52,912 bases of DNA from Octopus bimaculoides (GCF_001194135.2 NC_068983.1:20861412-20914323), one strand, 5' to 3'; shown: positions 1 to 13,107, counted from the stretch's first letter. Program-made: numbers and translations. Notes: generated by a model from the letters alone, not told the origin.

Positions 1-161
1 CGAATTTACTAGTTAGGATATATACAACATATAACACTAACCCATCGAAAATAATATCATCGACTTGCGTAGCATTTGATAGCAAGTAGAAAATTGATAT
101 ATGATCTCGTAAATAATTGTATAAGGTTGACTTGTTTCGTTATTGCGTATGTGTGTGCGTG

Positions 162-192
162 ATTATTATTATTATTATTATTGTTGTTGTTC

Positions 193-242
<50 letters not shown>

Positions 243-245
243 TAT
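162..245. repeat. (ATT)n/(GTT)n microsatellite (representative)
   Basis: Direct inspection. Other TAA/ATT tracts: 7438-7495, 10159-10260, 12594-12717, 13017-13106, 15661-15815, 20578-20660, 21532-21590, 22028-22127. Confidence 0.95.
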
Positions 246-611
246 TTTCTTTTTTTTTGTGATATATGATATGAAGGCCGATAGATTCTGATAGCTAATA
301 TATATACAAATATATACGCCGTGATGATGTATTGTAAATGTACGATGGAATGTTAAGTACTATATATAAAGATTTTCGTTGTTTTTGTTATATTATACCT
401 TTTGCTTTCATTTTTAATGTGCTCTGAATATATATATCATTGCTTCTCTCTAACATATTGGATATACAAGCGATTTTATGTGCTATATAATCTTCAAGTC
501 GATAACGTATTCTGTCATTATACATAAATGACATACATACATAAATACATACTTACATATAATACAGATATGTGTCTATATACACACTCATACAAACACA
601 GTATTGAACAC

Positions 612-925
612 AGGACGTAGATTGTATAATCTATTGGTGGTATTTTTCCGGGGTCTGATTGGGTCCGGACCTCCAGATGGACAAAAAACTGGGACAATAT
701 AACGACCAGGATTACTACGCTCACCAAGAAATGGCCCGAGAGAACGCTATCTCTGAAAGGTTGGACAGATGTGTCTAGCGTCTATATCGCGTCCGTTATC
801 TACTATCGCTTGACCTCGTGCCATGTCCTGACCACCATCTGATTACGCTAGATCGTATACTCTTTTGCTTCCAAAAATCTCTGGCCTGGCAGAACTACCG
901 GGGAGCTTTTGCTGGTCACATAGCA
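612..925 (+). mobile_element. Decayed L1/Tx1-clade LINE ORF2 fragment (region C-terminal to RT)
   Basis: Manual translation across 2 frameshifts and a stop gives GV*LGPDLQMDK/NWDNITTRITTLTKKWPERTLSLKGWTDVSSVYIASVIYYRLT/VPCPDHHLITLDRILFCF. This matches the L1/Tx1 post-RT pattern LGV.FG...W..R.LSL.GR....N.YI.S...Y.....PCP......R..F.F (family recognition from memory). GC-richer island between (TACA)n and (TG)n tracts. Confidence 0.7.
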
Positions 926-1391
926 ATCAAACATGTAAACTAACACCAGGTGCCCTCTCAGTTTCTCTTTCGTTTACTTTACATTCCGTTTCCCAGTTTC
1001 TCCTGTATTTTTCCGCTTTCATTTTGCGGGGGACATTGTTGAAAATGCTGTAACCATTAAACTTTGTCCATTCTCTCATGCGTCAAAGTAATAACACTGA
1101 CTGTGAACCAATCCCATCTGGGTTTTTGTTCAGCTCTTTTTCTTATATTTGTCATATATTTGTGTGTGTCTGTGTATGTGTTGGTATACACACACATATA
1201 TCAGTACATATATGTAGGTACGTGCCTGCATTTTTGTATACGTATGGAAAATCGTGCGTCAAATTCCTTTCCTCTCCTTGAAAAGCAACGTAAACATTCG
1301 ATAAATAGAGATCGACAAAAATAGCTACCAAACTGCAATATGTTCAGGTTCGATATCACTGACTGTACCTAGGTGCATGCGTATTGAATCA

Positions 1392-1441
<50 letters not shown>

Positions 1442-1669
1442 CGTGTTTACACACAGTCACACACATCCTTTTAAGGGCATCTCTTCTATATATGACACCT
1501 TGAGATGGATGAGTAATTTAGAAAGCAAAAATTGTCAACTTCGTTATTTTTAGCGACAGTATTTTATGGCACCATGCTTATCAGGCCATAATTATCTGTC
1601 ATGTCTCTGTTGTTTAATAGCCATTCACAAGATTTTGTTGAGAGTAATGTATTTGTTGATATATATATA

Positions 1670-2172
1670 NNNNNNNNNNNNNNNNNNNNNNNNNNNNNNN
1701 NNNNNNNNNNNNNNNNNNNNNNNNNNNNNNNNNNNNNNNNNNNNNNNNNNNNNNNNNNNNNNNNNNNNNNNNNNNNNNNNNNNNNNNNNNNNNNNNNNNN
1801 NNNNNNNNNNNNNNNNNNNNNNNNNNNNNNNNNNNNNNNNNNNNNNNNNNNNNNNNNNNNNNNNNNNNNNNNNNNNNNNNNNNNNNNNNNNNNNNNNNNN
1901 NNNNNNNNNNNNNNNNNNNNNNNNNNNNNNNNNNNNNNNNNNNNNNNNNNNNNNNNNNNNNNNNNNNNNNNNNNNNNNNNNNNNNNNNNNNNNNNNNNNN
2001 NNNNNNNNNNNNNNNNNNNNNNNNNNNNNNNNNNNNNNNNNNNNNNNNNNNNNNNNNNNNNNNNNNNNNNNNNNNNNNNNNNNNNNNNNNNNNNNNNNNN
2101 NNNNNNNNNNNNNNNNNNNNNNNNNNNNNNNNNNNNNNNNNNNNNNNNNNNNNNNNNNNNNNNNNNNNNNNN
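1670..2172. other. Assembly gap (representative of 13 N-runs)
   Basis: Other gaps begin near 4607, 8172, 9919, 10657, 12718, 15270, 26849, 31878, 35996, 37888, 40239 and 50012. Most abut (TA)n or (TAT)n. Confidence 1.
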
Positions 2173-2270
2173 TAAACACACAAAGAAATAAATTCATCTT
2201 CTTCTTTAACCTACTCAGTATAACTTTATTTTGATGTATTTTTTATATGCGATATAATATACTTAAAATA

Positions 2271-2490
2271 CAGGGTGTCCACAAAATCTGGGTACATGGG
2301 TATTAATACATACTTTAAGAAATTATTATTTCTTATATTTAATTGTTTATGTTATGATTTTATTTACTCCATGTACCCACATGGGGATTAACACATACTT
2401 TAAGAAATTATTGTTTCTTATATTTAATTGTTTATGTTATGATTTTATTTACTCCATTACTCCATGTAACCAGACTTTGTGGACACCCTG
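2271..2490. mobile_element. Tc1/mariner-type MITE, 220 bp
   Basis: 29-bp terminal inverted repeats CAGGGTGTCCACAAA(A/G)TCTGG(G/T)TACATGG with 2 mismatches. TA on both sides (2269-2270, 2491-2492). No ORF. Internal ~85-bp tandem duplication with units starting at 2294 and 2379. Confidence 0.9.
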
Positions 2491-2638
2491 TATAGTATGA
2501 AGATGATCAAATATCTAGTTCTTCATTTTCTTGTTTCTTTTTTGGTTTTTTTTTGGTTTTGTTCTTTCATTGTTATATTTTTGTCCTTCTTTTCACTAAT
2601 TCTTGTTTTGTTTTTTTGTTTTTTTTTTCTATTTTCAG

Positions 2639-3880
2639 GCCGGATCGAAAGATGCTATATCTGAAGTACAACTTCCTAAAGATGAAGTAATTGCCAATAC
2701 CGCTACTCTAAGCAGAGAGAACAACTCCTATGACAGCTTAAACCACGTGTACAAGGATGCACGCCTGCATCGCCACCAACATACACATCGCTCTGGTGGG
2801 AGAGCAAGTGGACATCCCTTACCCGTTAGTGCTAGCTTTTCAAGCTATAAGAAGCTGTCTGAGGAGACTCCCTCCCCTAAGAGCACGTCCCCTACGTCTG
2901 GCTGTACTGTCAATGATTCAGTGTTTGATGACCGCTCGCAGCGTCACGACTCCAGCACACCCATCAGTGGTGCAACAGAACCCGGCGGAAAGCTTCCAGT
3001 TAATGTCATAGAAAACTACTACTACTACCCAGGTAGTATACCAGGGTCCGATAGCAGTGCGCCCGAAGGCGGCGGTGTATATTTTGATGATGATAGTGCC
3101 GAAGATGAGTTACAACATCCTCAGAGAGAGATGATATACGGTGATGGACCTAGAATGAGAAACGAAAGTATCCAAGTAGGTGCGAGCAGTACTTTAGCTA
3201 TGAAGGGTCCGAACCACCATTATGGTCGTGATCCCGATGATAGCGAGATTCACTGTAATAGCTATGGTGTGTACGAAGATCTTGATCAACCGCGACCGTA
3301 CGACTGGGTCGACGAAGACAATATGCGCCACGGCTACGCACAATCTGCTTCTGACACACCTGAAGTAAACTATTGCTATGGTAGGGGTGTACGACAAAAC
3401 GACAGATTCAGACACAGGCCTCAAACTATAGCCAGGTCACGCAGGAACGTGTACGAGTACCCTGACATGGATCACAGGGAATTGCCGCCACTTCCTCCGC
3501 CGCCGCCACCGACTTTTATGCCACGGCTAGGAACGGTAGTGACGCCTTCGAAAAGTCACTACCATCATTATCATTATCCGTCGCGCCAATCGTTGGAAGA
3601 TGACGGCGAAAGAACGCTGTATGTGCGCCGACATCCCCATCACACGCCTGAAAGTATCATGTTGAGAGGACTGCCGCCGACTCCGAGGAACCATTACGAA
3701 TATCCCGGGGTCGATGTCGACTGTCGTGGGTTGACGCTACCGCCTCCACCACCGCCACCACCACCACCACCGCCGCCCCCAACTGGAAATTCGCGACAAC
3801 AAAATAGTCGACGGCCATCGCTTATGAAGTTGCTTTGCCTTGTATCTTCCACGCCACCAAACAAAAATGTAACCGACTGA
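2639..3880 (+). CDS. Terminal coding exon (413 aa) of an unidentified gene; disordered Tyr/Ser/Pro-rich tail, probably of a receptor or adaptor
   Basis: Stop-free 1242-bp GC-elevated frame in AT-rich DNA. Strong acceptor (long poly-T tract + TTTTCAG at 2632-2638), phase 0, ending TGA at 3878-3880. The ORF-track start at 2603 lies in the polypyrimidine tract and is not credible. Two RNxYEYP...LPPPPP modules conserved in protein sequence with synonymous codon differences. Confidence 0.85.
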   Translation, partial: AGSKDAISEVQLPKDEVIANTATLSRENNSYDSLNHVYKDARLHRHQHTHRSGGRASGHPLPVSASFSSYKKLSEETPSPKSTSPTSGCTVNDSVFDDRSQRHDSSTPISGATEPGGKLPVNVIENYYYYPGSIPGSDSSAPEGGGVYFDDDSAEDELQHPQREMIYGDGPRMRNESIQVGASSTLAMKGPNHHYGRDPDDSEIHCNSYGVYEDLDQPRPYDWVDEDNMRHGYAQSASDTPEVNYCYGRGVRQNDRFRHRPQTIARSRRNVYEYPDMDHRELPPLPPPPPPTFMPRLGTVVTPSKSHYHHYHYPSRQSLEDDGERTLYVRRHPHHTPESIMLRGLPPTPRNHYEYPGVDVDCRGLTLPPPPPPPPPPPPPPTGNSRQQNSRRPSLMKLLCLVSSTPPNKNVTD

Positions 3881-4343
3881 CATGTCACTGTAAACCACCT
3901 CATGGCACCAAAGTACCCAATAATGGTCTGTTCTATATAGAATAACAAACAGAGTAATTGAATATATAACAGAAAATCGGCGACGAATGTAGAGCCTTGT
4001 TATATACGAATAGGCTGCTATTTATAGCACCATAGAAAGAGGTTGGGATAGAGATTGAGAAGAAAAGAGATAGAGAAGGGAGTTGAGAAAGCGAAACAAG
4101 CCAGAAAGATAAGAGAAATTGTGTGTGTTTGTGTGAGTGTGCGTGCGTGCCAGGAGAGGAGAGAGAATTAGTGCAAGCGTGATGATAGAGATTTAAAAAA
4201 AAAAAGAGAGTGTCAAAGGAAGAGTTTGTGTTCATGTGTGAGTGTAAGTAAGAGAGAATGTGAGAGAAAAAAAGGGAAAAAAAACAAGAGAGAGAGAGTG
4301 AGAGAAAGAGACGAGAAATGAGATGCTCAATCTAAGATAAACA

Positions 4344-4404
4344 GTAAGTCACAAAATGGCGAATCCAGCTAATAATAGCCTTCTTATTGTCCTTTCAATT
4401 ACAG
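4344..4404 (+). other. Candidate 61-nt GT-AG intron downstream of the stop codon
   Basis: GTAAGT donor at 4344, CTAAT branch-like motif near 4367, pyrimidine tract TTCTTATTGTCCTTTCAATTACAG ending at 4404. Confidence 0.45.
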
Positions 4405-6318
4405 CGTTGCAAAATAAAGAGCACCATCAACAACTACAACAACAACAACAACAAAAACTCACTACAAATATTGCTATCACTATCACCACCCCCAACCCTT
4501 CACGCTCGAACCAACACTAATACCTCGTTCAGTGACAACAACAATCAAGCATCATGTATACATACATATATGTGTATACACATACATATATATATATATA
4601 TATATANNNNNNNNNNNNNNNNNNNNNNNNNNNNNNNNNNNNNNNNNNNNNNNNNNNNNNNNNNNNNNNNNNNNNNNNNNNNNNNNNNNNNNNNNNNNNN
4701 NNNNNNNNNNNNNNNNNNNNNNNNNNNNNNNNNNNNNNNNNNNNNNNNNNNNNNNNNNNNNNNNNNNNNNNNNNNNNNNNNNNNNNNNNNNNNNNNNNNN
4801 NNNNNNNNNNNNNNNNNNNNNNNNNNNNNNNNNNNNNNNNNNNNNNNNNNNNNNNNNNNNNNNNNNNNNNNNNNNNNNNNNNNNNNNNNNNNNNNNNNNN
4901 NNNNNNNNNNNNNNNNNNNNNNNNNNNNNNNNNNNNNNNNNNNNNNNNNNNNNNNNNNNNNNNNNNNNNNNNNNNNNNNNNNNNNNNNNNNNNNNNNNNN
5001 NNNNNNNNNNNNNNNNNNNNNNNNNNNNNNNNNNNNNNNNNNNNNNNNNNNNNNNNNNNNNNNNNNNNNNNNNNNNNNNNNNNNNNNNNNNNNNNNNNNN
5101 NNNNNNNNNNNNNNNNNNNNNNNNNNNNNNNNNNNNNNNNNNNNNNNNNNNNNNNNNNNNNNNNNNNNNNNNNNNNNNNNNNNNNNNNNNNNNNNNNNNN
5201 NNNNNNNNNNNNNNNNNNNNNNNNNNNNNNNNNNNNNNNNNNNNNNNNNNNNNNNNNNNNNNNNNNNNNNNNNNNNNNNNNNNNNNNATATATATATAGG
5301 CATATATATATATAGGCATATACACACGTAATACGTGGAGTTAGAATGATAATATAGCACTTGGAGAAAACATTAACGTCACCCGCCTCGGTGACCTTAG
5401 GATAGAAATATATTTCATAATGGCTGAATTGTAATAAATTATATTTACGTAATAATTATTATAATTAGGGTACCATGATGATCCACACAAGGAACACACA
5501 TTAAGGGGAGAGTAATTACTAATATAATTTAATTGTAACATTCATACATTTAACATAAAAAATCATTTTAGCAATAATAATTATAATATTTTTAATCATG
5601 TCTGCCATATTCTGCTTTATACTTGCCCATGGCTCACAGCGATGCGTTCATTTGTGTTGTCATAATACGCAATCACAATAATACTATTGAAATATCAATT
5701 ATTTTAGTAGTATTAGTAATAATAACAATCTAAAAAAGAAAGCTGTAATGAGTGTTAATAATGAAAGATTACGTTAATAACGGACTAAGTAAAGTACGAG
5801 TTAAATAACAAAATGAATATAAAATTTAATTAGTAAAATAAACGAAAGAACATATAAGTATGAATTAAAATTGAATTCAGGGGATGTAATATTATATTGT
5901 AAGTGTTTAACAACGAAGGAAGGTGAACACACTAAAAAAAAATAATAATTTCAAATATCAGCTTCTTAACAATAGTAAATGGTACAGCAACAGTAAATTA
6001 AATGAAGTGGAATCTTGAAAGATGCCTGGAAAGTTCGAATTCCAAATACAGGCGGTTTCTTGTTACGAGCATATGTTGCAGTCGTGTCGTGAGATCAACA
6101 AATTAGATATGTATAAAGCTTAACACATTTCAGATAGAGAATGTTTAGGATAATTAATTAATAGACTAAATTATTTTAAGGAATTATAGCAATAGCTTTT
6201 GTTAATGGTCTAAGTCTTAGTAACATTAAATAGATGACATCGGTGAACAGGAAGCATGATGACAGTTTTGATCTATCTATGTGTATAGATAGAATGAAAG
6301 AAAGAAAGATAGACAAAC

Positions 6319-6361
<43 letters not shown>
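6319..6361. repeat. (AGAT)n microsatellite
   Basis: Direct inspection; a second array lies at ~52323-52380. (ATATG)n at ~18843-18870. (CA/TG)n and (TA)n arrays at ~1396-1437, 9730-9918, 26168-26256, 26787-26848, 37753-37887, 40114-40238, 41230-41350, 41851-41920. Confidence 0.95.
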
Positions 6362-6487
6362 CCACTGTATCGATCAGGATATCGGGGATGTTTTTTTCTT
6401 TTTATACACCGCTGATCACAATGCACTTTCTCACACTTTTTGATCCTTTAAATGATGGGCAAGTCAAAATTACTCCTTAAACGAACG

Positions 6488-6583
6488 TCACTCCGTCGCA
6501 GAGTTACCAGTTATAGTCGAGTGGTTGTGGAGCAACGTGAAATGAAATATTTCGGACAATAACATAACCACTAGGCCACACGC
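6488..6583 (-). mobile_element. Internally deleted tRNA-SINE remnant (family E core with C-like tail)
   Basis: TGGAGCAACGTGAAATGAA is shared with 27991-28095 and 32614-32693. CACTCCGTCG is the reverse complement of the family C tail CGACGGAGTG. Confidence 0.45.
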
Positions 6584-7438
6584 AGATATATTTATATTAC
6601 CAGTTTAGTCAGGAAGTGGAGAGTACTACCCTTGATCTTTATTTGGCAAGGCCTTTGAAGTTGGTGGGGGTACATGGAAAAGAAGAAATGCAAAGATTGA
6701 TTGAAAACTTTAAGAGTCTGCAACTCACTATTGAATGTGTTTTCAGATCGGAGATCTGCTCTGAATGCTTACAAAAGACGCATAGGTACTCACAAGAGGT
6801 ACCCTAAAAAGGCCGATACATTGAATATAGTCTATTCCGCAGGTTCCCGTCTACACAGTTTCCGTTGGGGCTACGCAAGCTAAATGTAAAAGACTTGTTC
6901 GAGATGCCTGAAATTGGGAATTCTGACAACACATGCATCAGTAAACACGTTTAGAACGTCACATTCTTCAAGTCGAGGATTCAAATGCTTTAAGATTAAA
7001 ACATGAAAATTAAACACAGTGAAATAACAGAATCGCCTGTGTTTCATAAACTGGATGTTTTGTGATGACAGGGAGAAAATACAGCAATAACACTATAAAA
7101 TCAACAAGCATAAAAAATAACAAACATAATAATATTCAAAATACAAAAACCTGGAAATAGAGGTAACTCGAATGTGAAGTCCAAAAACAGAAACAATTCC
7201 TATCATACTGGGCTCATTAGGTATGATAAAAAATATTCAGGCATAACAAAAGCAGCAGGACTAACAGATATATATAACATACAGAAAATAGTACTACTAG
7301 GCACTGCACACATCCTACGTAAAACACTTTCAATACAGTGAAAATAAGAGCATCCATACAAACTACAGCACATACCCAAGGCACACAGAGCTTCGCTCGG
7401 TAGTGAAGTGAAAGCACGTTATACAAAGAAGACTACTA

Positions 7439-7495
<57 letters not shown>

Positions 7496-9793
7496 GATAC
7501 TAATAACAACAGCAAAATAGCAGTAAAAATAATTGAAATAATAATATTGCAAGTGCCTCGCTAGGTTTTACAATAAAAGAGTTCAAGTAAAACAAAACAA
7601 AATAAATAATAACAAAACATAATAATAATAGTAATAATAAGAAGATGGGAGACGTGGAAAATACAATTTGTGGGTACTACAAGTTTATTACACAGATTTC
7701 TTTGAAATAAGTAGGAAACTTATAAGCATATCAACACACGATTATATATCCAGGGAATATAGAATTGCGGTCGTTAATGCATTGAAAGCAGAAGAAAAAA
7801 ACCAAAAACCGTAATAATAAATATAACATTAATGCTAAAATATCTTATGGACAAAAATGTGACAATCACGCCTTTCCCTATGATATCAAAGATATGAAGA
7901 AAGCGGGGTCCTTATATAGAATCAGTTTGTCATTTACTTTCACAAAATACTTTATGTTCTACTGCTTCCTACGCCTTGATAATGATGTCGACGATAATGA
8001 TAATAATAACAATAATAATAATGATAATGAATATAACAACAACAATAGTAATGATTAATACTTTAAAAGCAATATAAATAATAATGATAGAAAAGCAAAA
8101 CCTGAGATAATGTAAAGATCATTTAATACAAAACAGTTTATGCGTGTGTGTCTGTAATCATATATATATATNNNNNNNNNNATATATACTACAGATGTAT
8201 ATAAATATGTATATACATACACATATATATATGTATGTACCCACACATGTCATTCTCATTCAAATGCTGAATATGTTTCATATACCAGCTAAATTGTAAT
8301 ATTAACCAAAATTACAATCACGTCCATACACAAAAATAACAACACGAAACTTACAGTAGTGGAATGAAAGACGACGACCAGAAGAAATAAAACGCCATTA
8401 ATTGCTTTGCTTACACCATATGCCAAATTGTTTGAGTCAAAGACAATTGCTTTAGCTTATCTTTATATTAATCTTCTATGTGCACTTTCAGACAGCTATG
8501 ATAATACACTATTTAGCCCATACTTGGTAGTGTGGACCATGCTTTCGCATACTTGGTTGAGTAGGACATCGGAAATGTAAGAAAGGGAAGAGGACCGGCT
8601 GCACAAACACTTGGCTTGTATACATTGTCAGCTGATTATCATGGAGCAGCACGAAATTAAAGGCTTTTCTTGACTTAACACGTCATCCGGTCCACCTACA
8701 CCTTTAAGATTGGGTTTCTGCACTCTAACGTCTAGGCCACAGAGACAAGACAGTAAGTTTAGAAAGGTTATTTTCACAGAATTTTTCTGGCTCAAAGCTC
8801 TGTCTGATTATCGGCTCTCTTGTCTATGAGAACCATTTTAAAGAATAGAAAGCTTTTTCCCTATAATTTGAGTCATAATTCGAAGGTTATATTAAACCGC
8901 TGTTTTACAACTAAATTATATACTCGTTTCCTTCAAATACAACTTAATCACACAGCGGAGAAATATAGAACAATTTTAGCCAATGGAGAAATATTGAAAT
9001 CATTTAGTCAGGATATGTAGGAAGATAGCAGTATAATGAATAACTTCAATCTTTATGCTTCGGAAAGTTTACTGTATGAAATTAATGCAATTTTTATGCG
9101 CTTCCTTTAAAAGAAAAGGAAATGAAGCCTGAAAGAAAAATAAACACGTTGAATAATATACAATTAAATTTGTATTAATAGAATACTTAAAAAAGTTTTT
9201 AAGATAAAAAAAATTGGAAAATTTTGAATATAAAATTAATAGGCAGCAACTGAATAAATCTGTAAATTATTAAGATGTTTTTCCCGAAACAATGAATTAT
9301 TGTTTTATATAAATCGATATTCAAAGCCGAGTATTAATGACTAAGCGATAAAAAATACAGTCCAAGACTTCAAGATATTTAGTATATTCTAACAACAATA
9401 AAAGGGAATTTAAAATGTTTTAAAATTCAGATTCAGATTTTTTCGCTACTTTATGAATACGCAATATTAAATTAAAAACTCATTTGAGGTCAGTTGTAGG
9501 TAGGAAATAAAGGAATAGGTTAATTAATGGAAAGAAAAAGGGTTACGAGAAATATTGTTTTATTTGTTCGTCACTTCCACTTTTGAAAGATAATCCGACA
9601 TTCATAGCATACATAACGATTATTTATTTACTTGTGTCTTTCAGTAATATAATAAGTTGGAGAAACTCGAATTTATACAGAAATACATACATAAAATGCA
9701 TGCAAACATATATATTTCTATAAACGCAATATATATGTGTGTGTGTGCGTACATGTACCTGTGTGTATGTACATATATATACATATATATGTG

Positions 9794-9832
<39 letters not shown>

Positions 9833-9885
9833 ATATATATATATATGTGTATGTATATGTATATATATATATATGTGTGTGTGTA

Positions 9886-9918
<33 letters not shown>

Positions 9919-10158
9919 NNNNNNNNNNNNNNNNNNNNNNNNNNNNNNNNNNNNNNNNNNNNNNNNNNNNNNNNNNNNNNNNNNNNNNNNNNNNNNNNNN
10001 NNNNNNNNNNNNNNNNNNNNNNNNNNNNNNNNNNNNNNNNNNNNNNNNNNNNNNNNNNNNNNNNNNNNNNNNNNNNNNNNNNNNNNNNNNNNNNNNNNNN
10101 NNNNNNNNNNNNNNNNNNNNNNNNNNNNNNNNNNNNNNNNNNNNNNNNNNNNNNNNNN

Positions 10159-10226
<68 letters not shown>

Positions 10227-10612
10227 TATTATTATTGTTATTATTAATATTATTATTATCATTTTCAATCATCAATAATCTTAATCAAAGTCACGCTTTT
10301 AAATCATTTCCTCACAAACTCATTACAACGCTGGCTTGACAAACTTCTCTTATTTTCGCTCGCTATATTTGCTGAGAGGTTCCTTTATATATTTTATTCT
10401 TGTGGAGCATACAGAACATAAACATGGTGGACGTCGATTTTTTTGCTGTGTGATGAATTCAGCTATATGGAGAATTTATATGAAATGATGAACATTGCAC
10501 TTGCACTTATGTGATATGTATATACGTATGCATTTATATGTGTACGTTTATGTGTGTGCATAAACATATCTTGATTTATATTTAACTACATATGTATGTG
10601 AATATATCTCTA

Positions 10613-10656
<44 letters not shown>

Positions 10657-11635
10657 NNNNNNNNNNNNNNNNNNNNNNNNNNNNNNNNNNNNNNNNNNNN
10701 NNNNNNNNNNNNNNNNNNNNNNNNNNNNNNNNNNNNNNNNNNNNNNNNNNNNNNNNNNNNNNNNNNNNNNNNNNNNNNNNNNNNNNNNNNNNNNNNNNNN
10801 NNNNNNNNNNNNNNNNNNNNNNNNNNNNNNNNNNNNNNNNNNNNNNNNNNNNNNNNNNNNNNNNNNNNNNNNNNNNNNNNNNNNNNNNNNNNNNNNNNNN
10901 NNNNNNNNNNNNNNNNNNNNNNNNNNNNNNNNNNNNNNNNNNNNNNNNNNNNNNNNNNNNNNNNNNNNNNNNNNNNNNNNNNNNNNNNNNNNNNNNNNNN
11001 NNNNNNNNNNNNNNNNNNNNNNNNNNNNNNNNNNNNNNNNNNNNNNNNNNNNNNNNNNNNNNNNNNNNNNNNNNNNNNNNNNNNNNNNNNNNNNNNNNNN
11101 NNNNNNNNNNNNNNNNNNNNNNNNNNNNNNNNNNNNNNNNNNNNNNNNNNNNNNNNNNNNNNNNNNNNNNNNNNNNNNNNNNNNNNNNNNNNNNNNNNNN
11201 NNNNNNNNNNNNNNNNNNNNNNNNNNNNNNNNNNNNNNNNNNNNNNNNNNNNNNNNNNNNNNNNNNNNNNNNNNNNNNNNNNNNNNNNNNNNNNNNNNNN
11301 NNNNNNNNNNNNNNNNNNNNNNNNNNNNNNNNNNNNNNNNNNNNNNNNNNNNNNNNNNNNNNNNNNNNNNNNNNNNNNNNNNNNNNNNNNNNNNNNNNNN
11401 NNNNNNNNNNNNNNNNNNNNNNNNNNNNNNNNNNNNNNNNNNNNNNNNNNNNNNNNNNNNNNNNNNNNNNNNNNNNNNNNNNNNNNNNNNNNNNNNNNNN
11501 NNNNNNNNNNNNNNNNNNNNNNNNNNNNNNNNNNNNNNNNNNNNNNNNNNNNNNNNNNNNNNNNNNNNNNNNNNNNNNNNNNNNNNNNNNNNNNNNNNNN
11601 NNNNNNNNNNNNNNNNNNNNNNNNNNNNNNNNNNN

Positions 11636-11673
<38 letters not shown>

Positions 11674-12465
11674 TGTGTTTGGTCGTGTGAACGAGTCCGT
11701 TTCATTGCACTATTTTATAACAAATAAAATTGAGTGTTTGTTCAGTGTAGTTTTATTCTGTTCAAGTGTATGTTTTATTCGTAATGTGCTTCAGACAATT
11801 TAACTACACACACATATACATACATATATGAATATATACAACTATTTAAAAAATGTAAAAAAAATCTGTGCAAATTAGTGAAACCAGCAAAAAGATATAC
11901 AAAGAAAAATAAGGACTTAATCTTGGCGCGAAACACTTTGGTCTGGTGGAGAAAAATAAATACATGAAATGAAATGAGAGAAGAATGAAAATATTAATAA
12001 TAATAATTATGGATTTATATTGAATTCTGTCATATCTTCGGAGTAGACAACATCAAGAACTACAATAATTATACAAAAAAAGTTATTATAATAAATAAAG
12101 AATGAACTTATTGAGCGAGTTCTTTTTCTCCACAGATGTGATATACACAAATTCTTGAACGAAAGAAGAAAATTATTTAAAAATATAAATAAAAAAGTAA
12201 AAAATCTGGAACTTACAATTATATTCTATGAAAAATAAAATGATTATTGAAAGTGACAAACATGTAATGAATCAAATATATATATAAAAAAAATAAGGTT
12301 TACACAATGAAGTCAAACAAAAATATCTTTCGTTTGTTTCAACTCATTTATTTTTCAGCTTCGCATGCTAATAATTGAGAGATGCGACTATAGTTTATAT
12401 TAACAAACTATCAGTCATGTTTCCCAGTTTCGTCTCAGTTCAGATAACATACACACATTCACAGA

Positions 12466-12717
<252 letters not shown>

Positions 12718-13037
12718 NNNNNNNNNNNNNNNNNNNNNNNNNNNNNNNNNNNNNNNNNNNNNNNNNNNNNNNNNNNNNNNNNNNNNNNNNNNNNNNNNNN
12801 NNNNNNNNNNNNNNNNNNNNNNNNNNNNNNNNNNNNNNNNNNNNNNNNNNNNNNNNNNNNNNNNNNNNNNNNNNNNNNNNNNNNNNNNNNNNNNNNNNNN
12901 NNNNNNNNNNNNNNNNNNNNNNNNNNNNNATGAAATAAGTACCGGTCACTAACTTCGTGAATGTAATTAATGATCTTCATCTCCCAAATGCTCAGAATTT
13001 GTGCTTAAAGTAGAGAGGATTATTATTATTATTGTTA

Positions 13038-13107
<70 letters not shown>

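Noticed and set aside
518-790. Minus-strand hydrophobic ORF (DSVLSGHFLVSVVILVVILSQFFVHL...) resembling a Cys-loop receptor M2-M3 segment
   Set aside because: It is the antisense of a recognisable L1/Tx1 ORF2 fragment, has stops upstream and no splice acceptor, and runs into (TATG)n.
5378-5395. GC-rich hairpin GTCACC-CGCCTC-GGTGAC
   Set aside because: A 6-bp stem is expected by chance in 50 kb, and it has no supporting context.
6600-6900. Possible RT remnant (KAFE, EEMQRLIENF)
   Set aside because: Motifs are in different frames with wrong spacing; too degraded to call.
9380-9620. Possible apurinic-endonuclease remnant (GIG*LM)
   Set aside because: A single weak motif in very AT-rich sequence.
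11883-11947. GAAAC-ACTTTG-GTC with ACCAG/CTGGT pairing (hammerhead-like)
   Set aside because: No CUGANGA core and no stem II.
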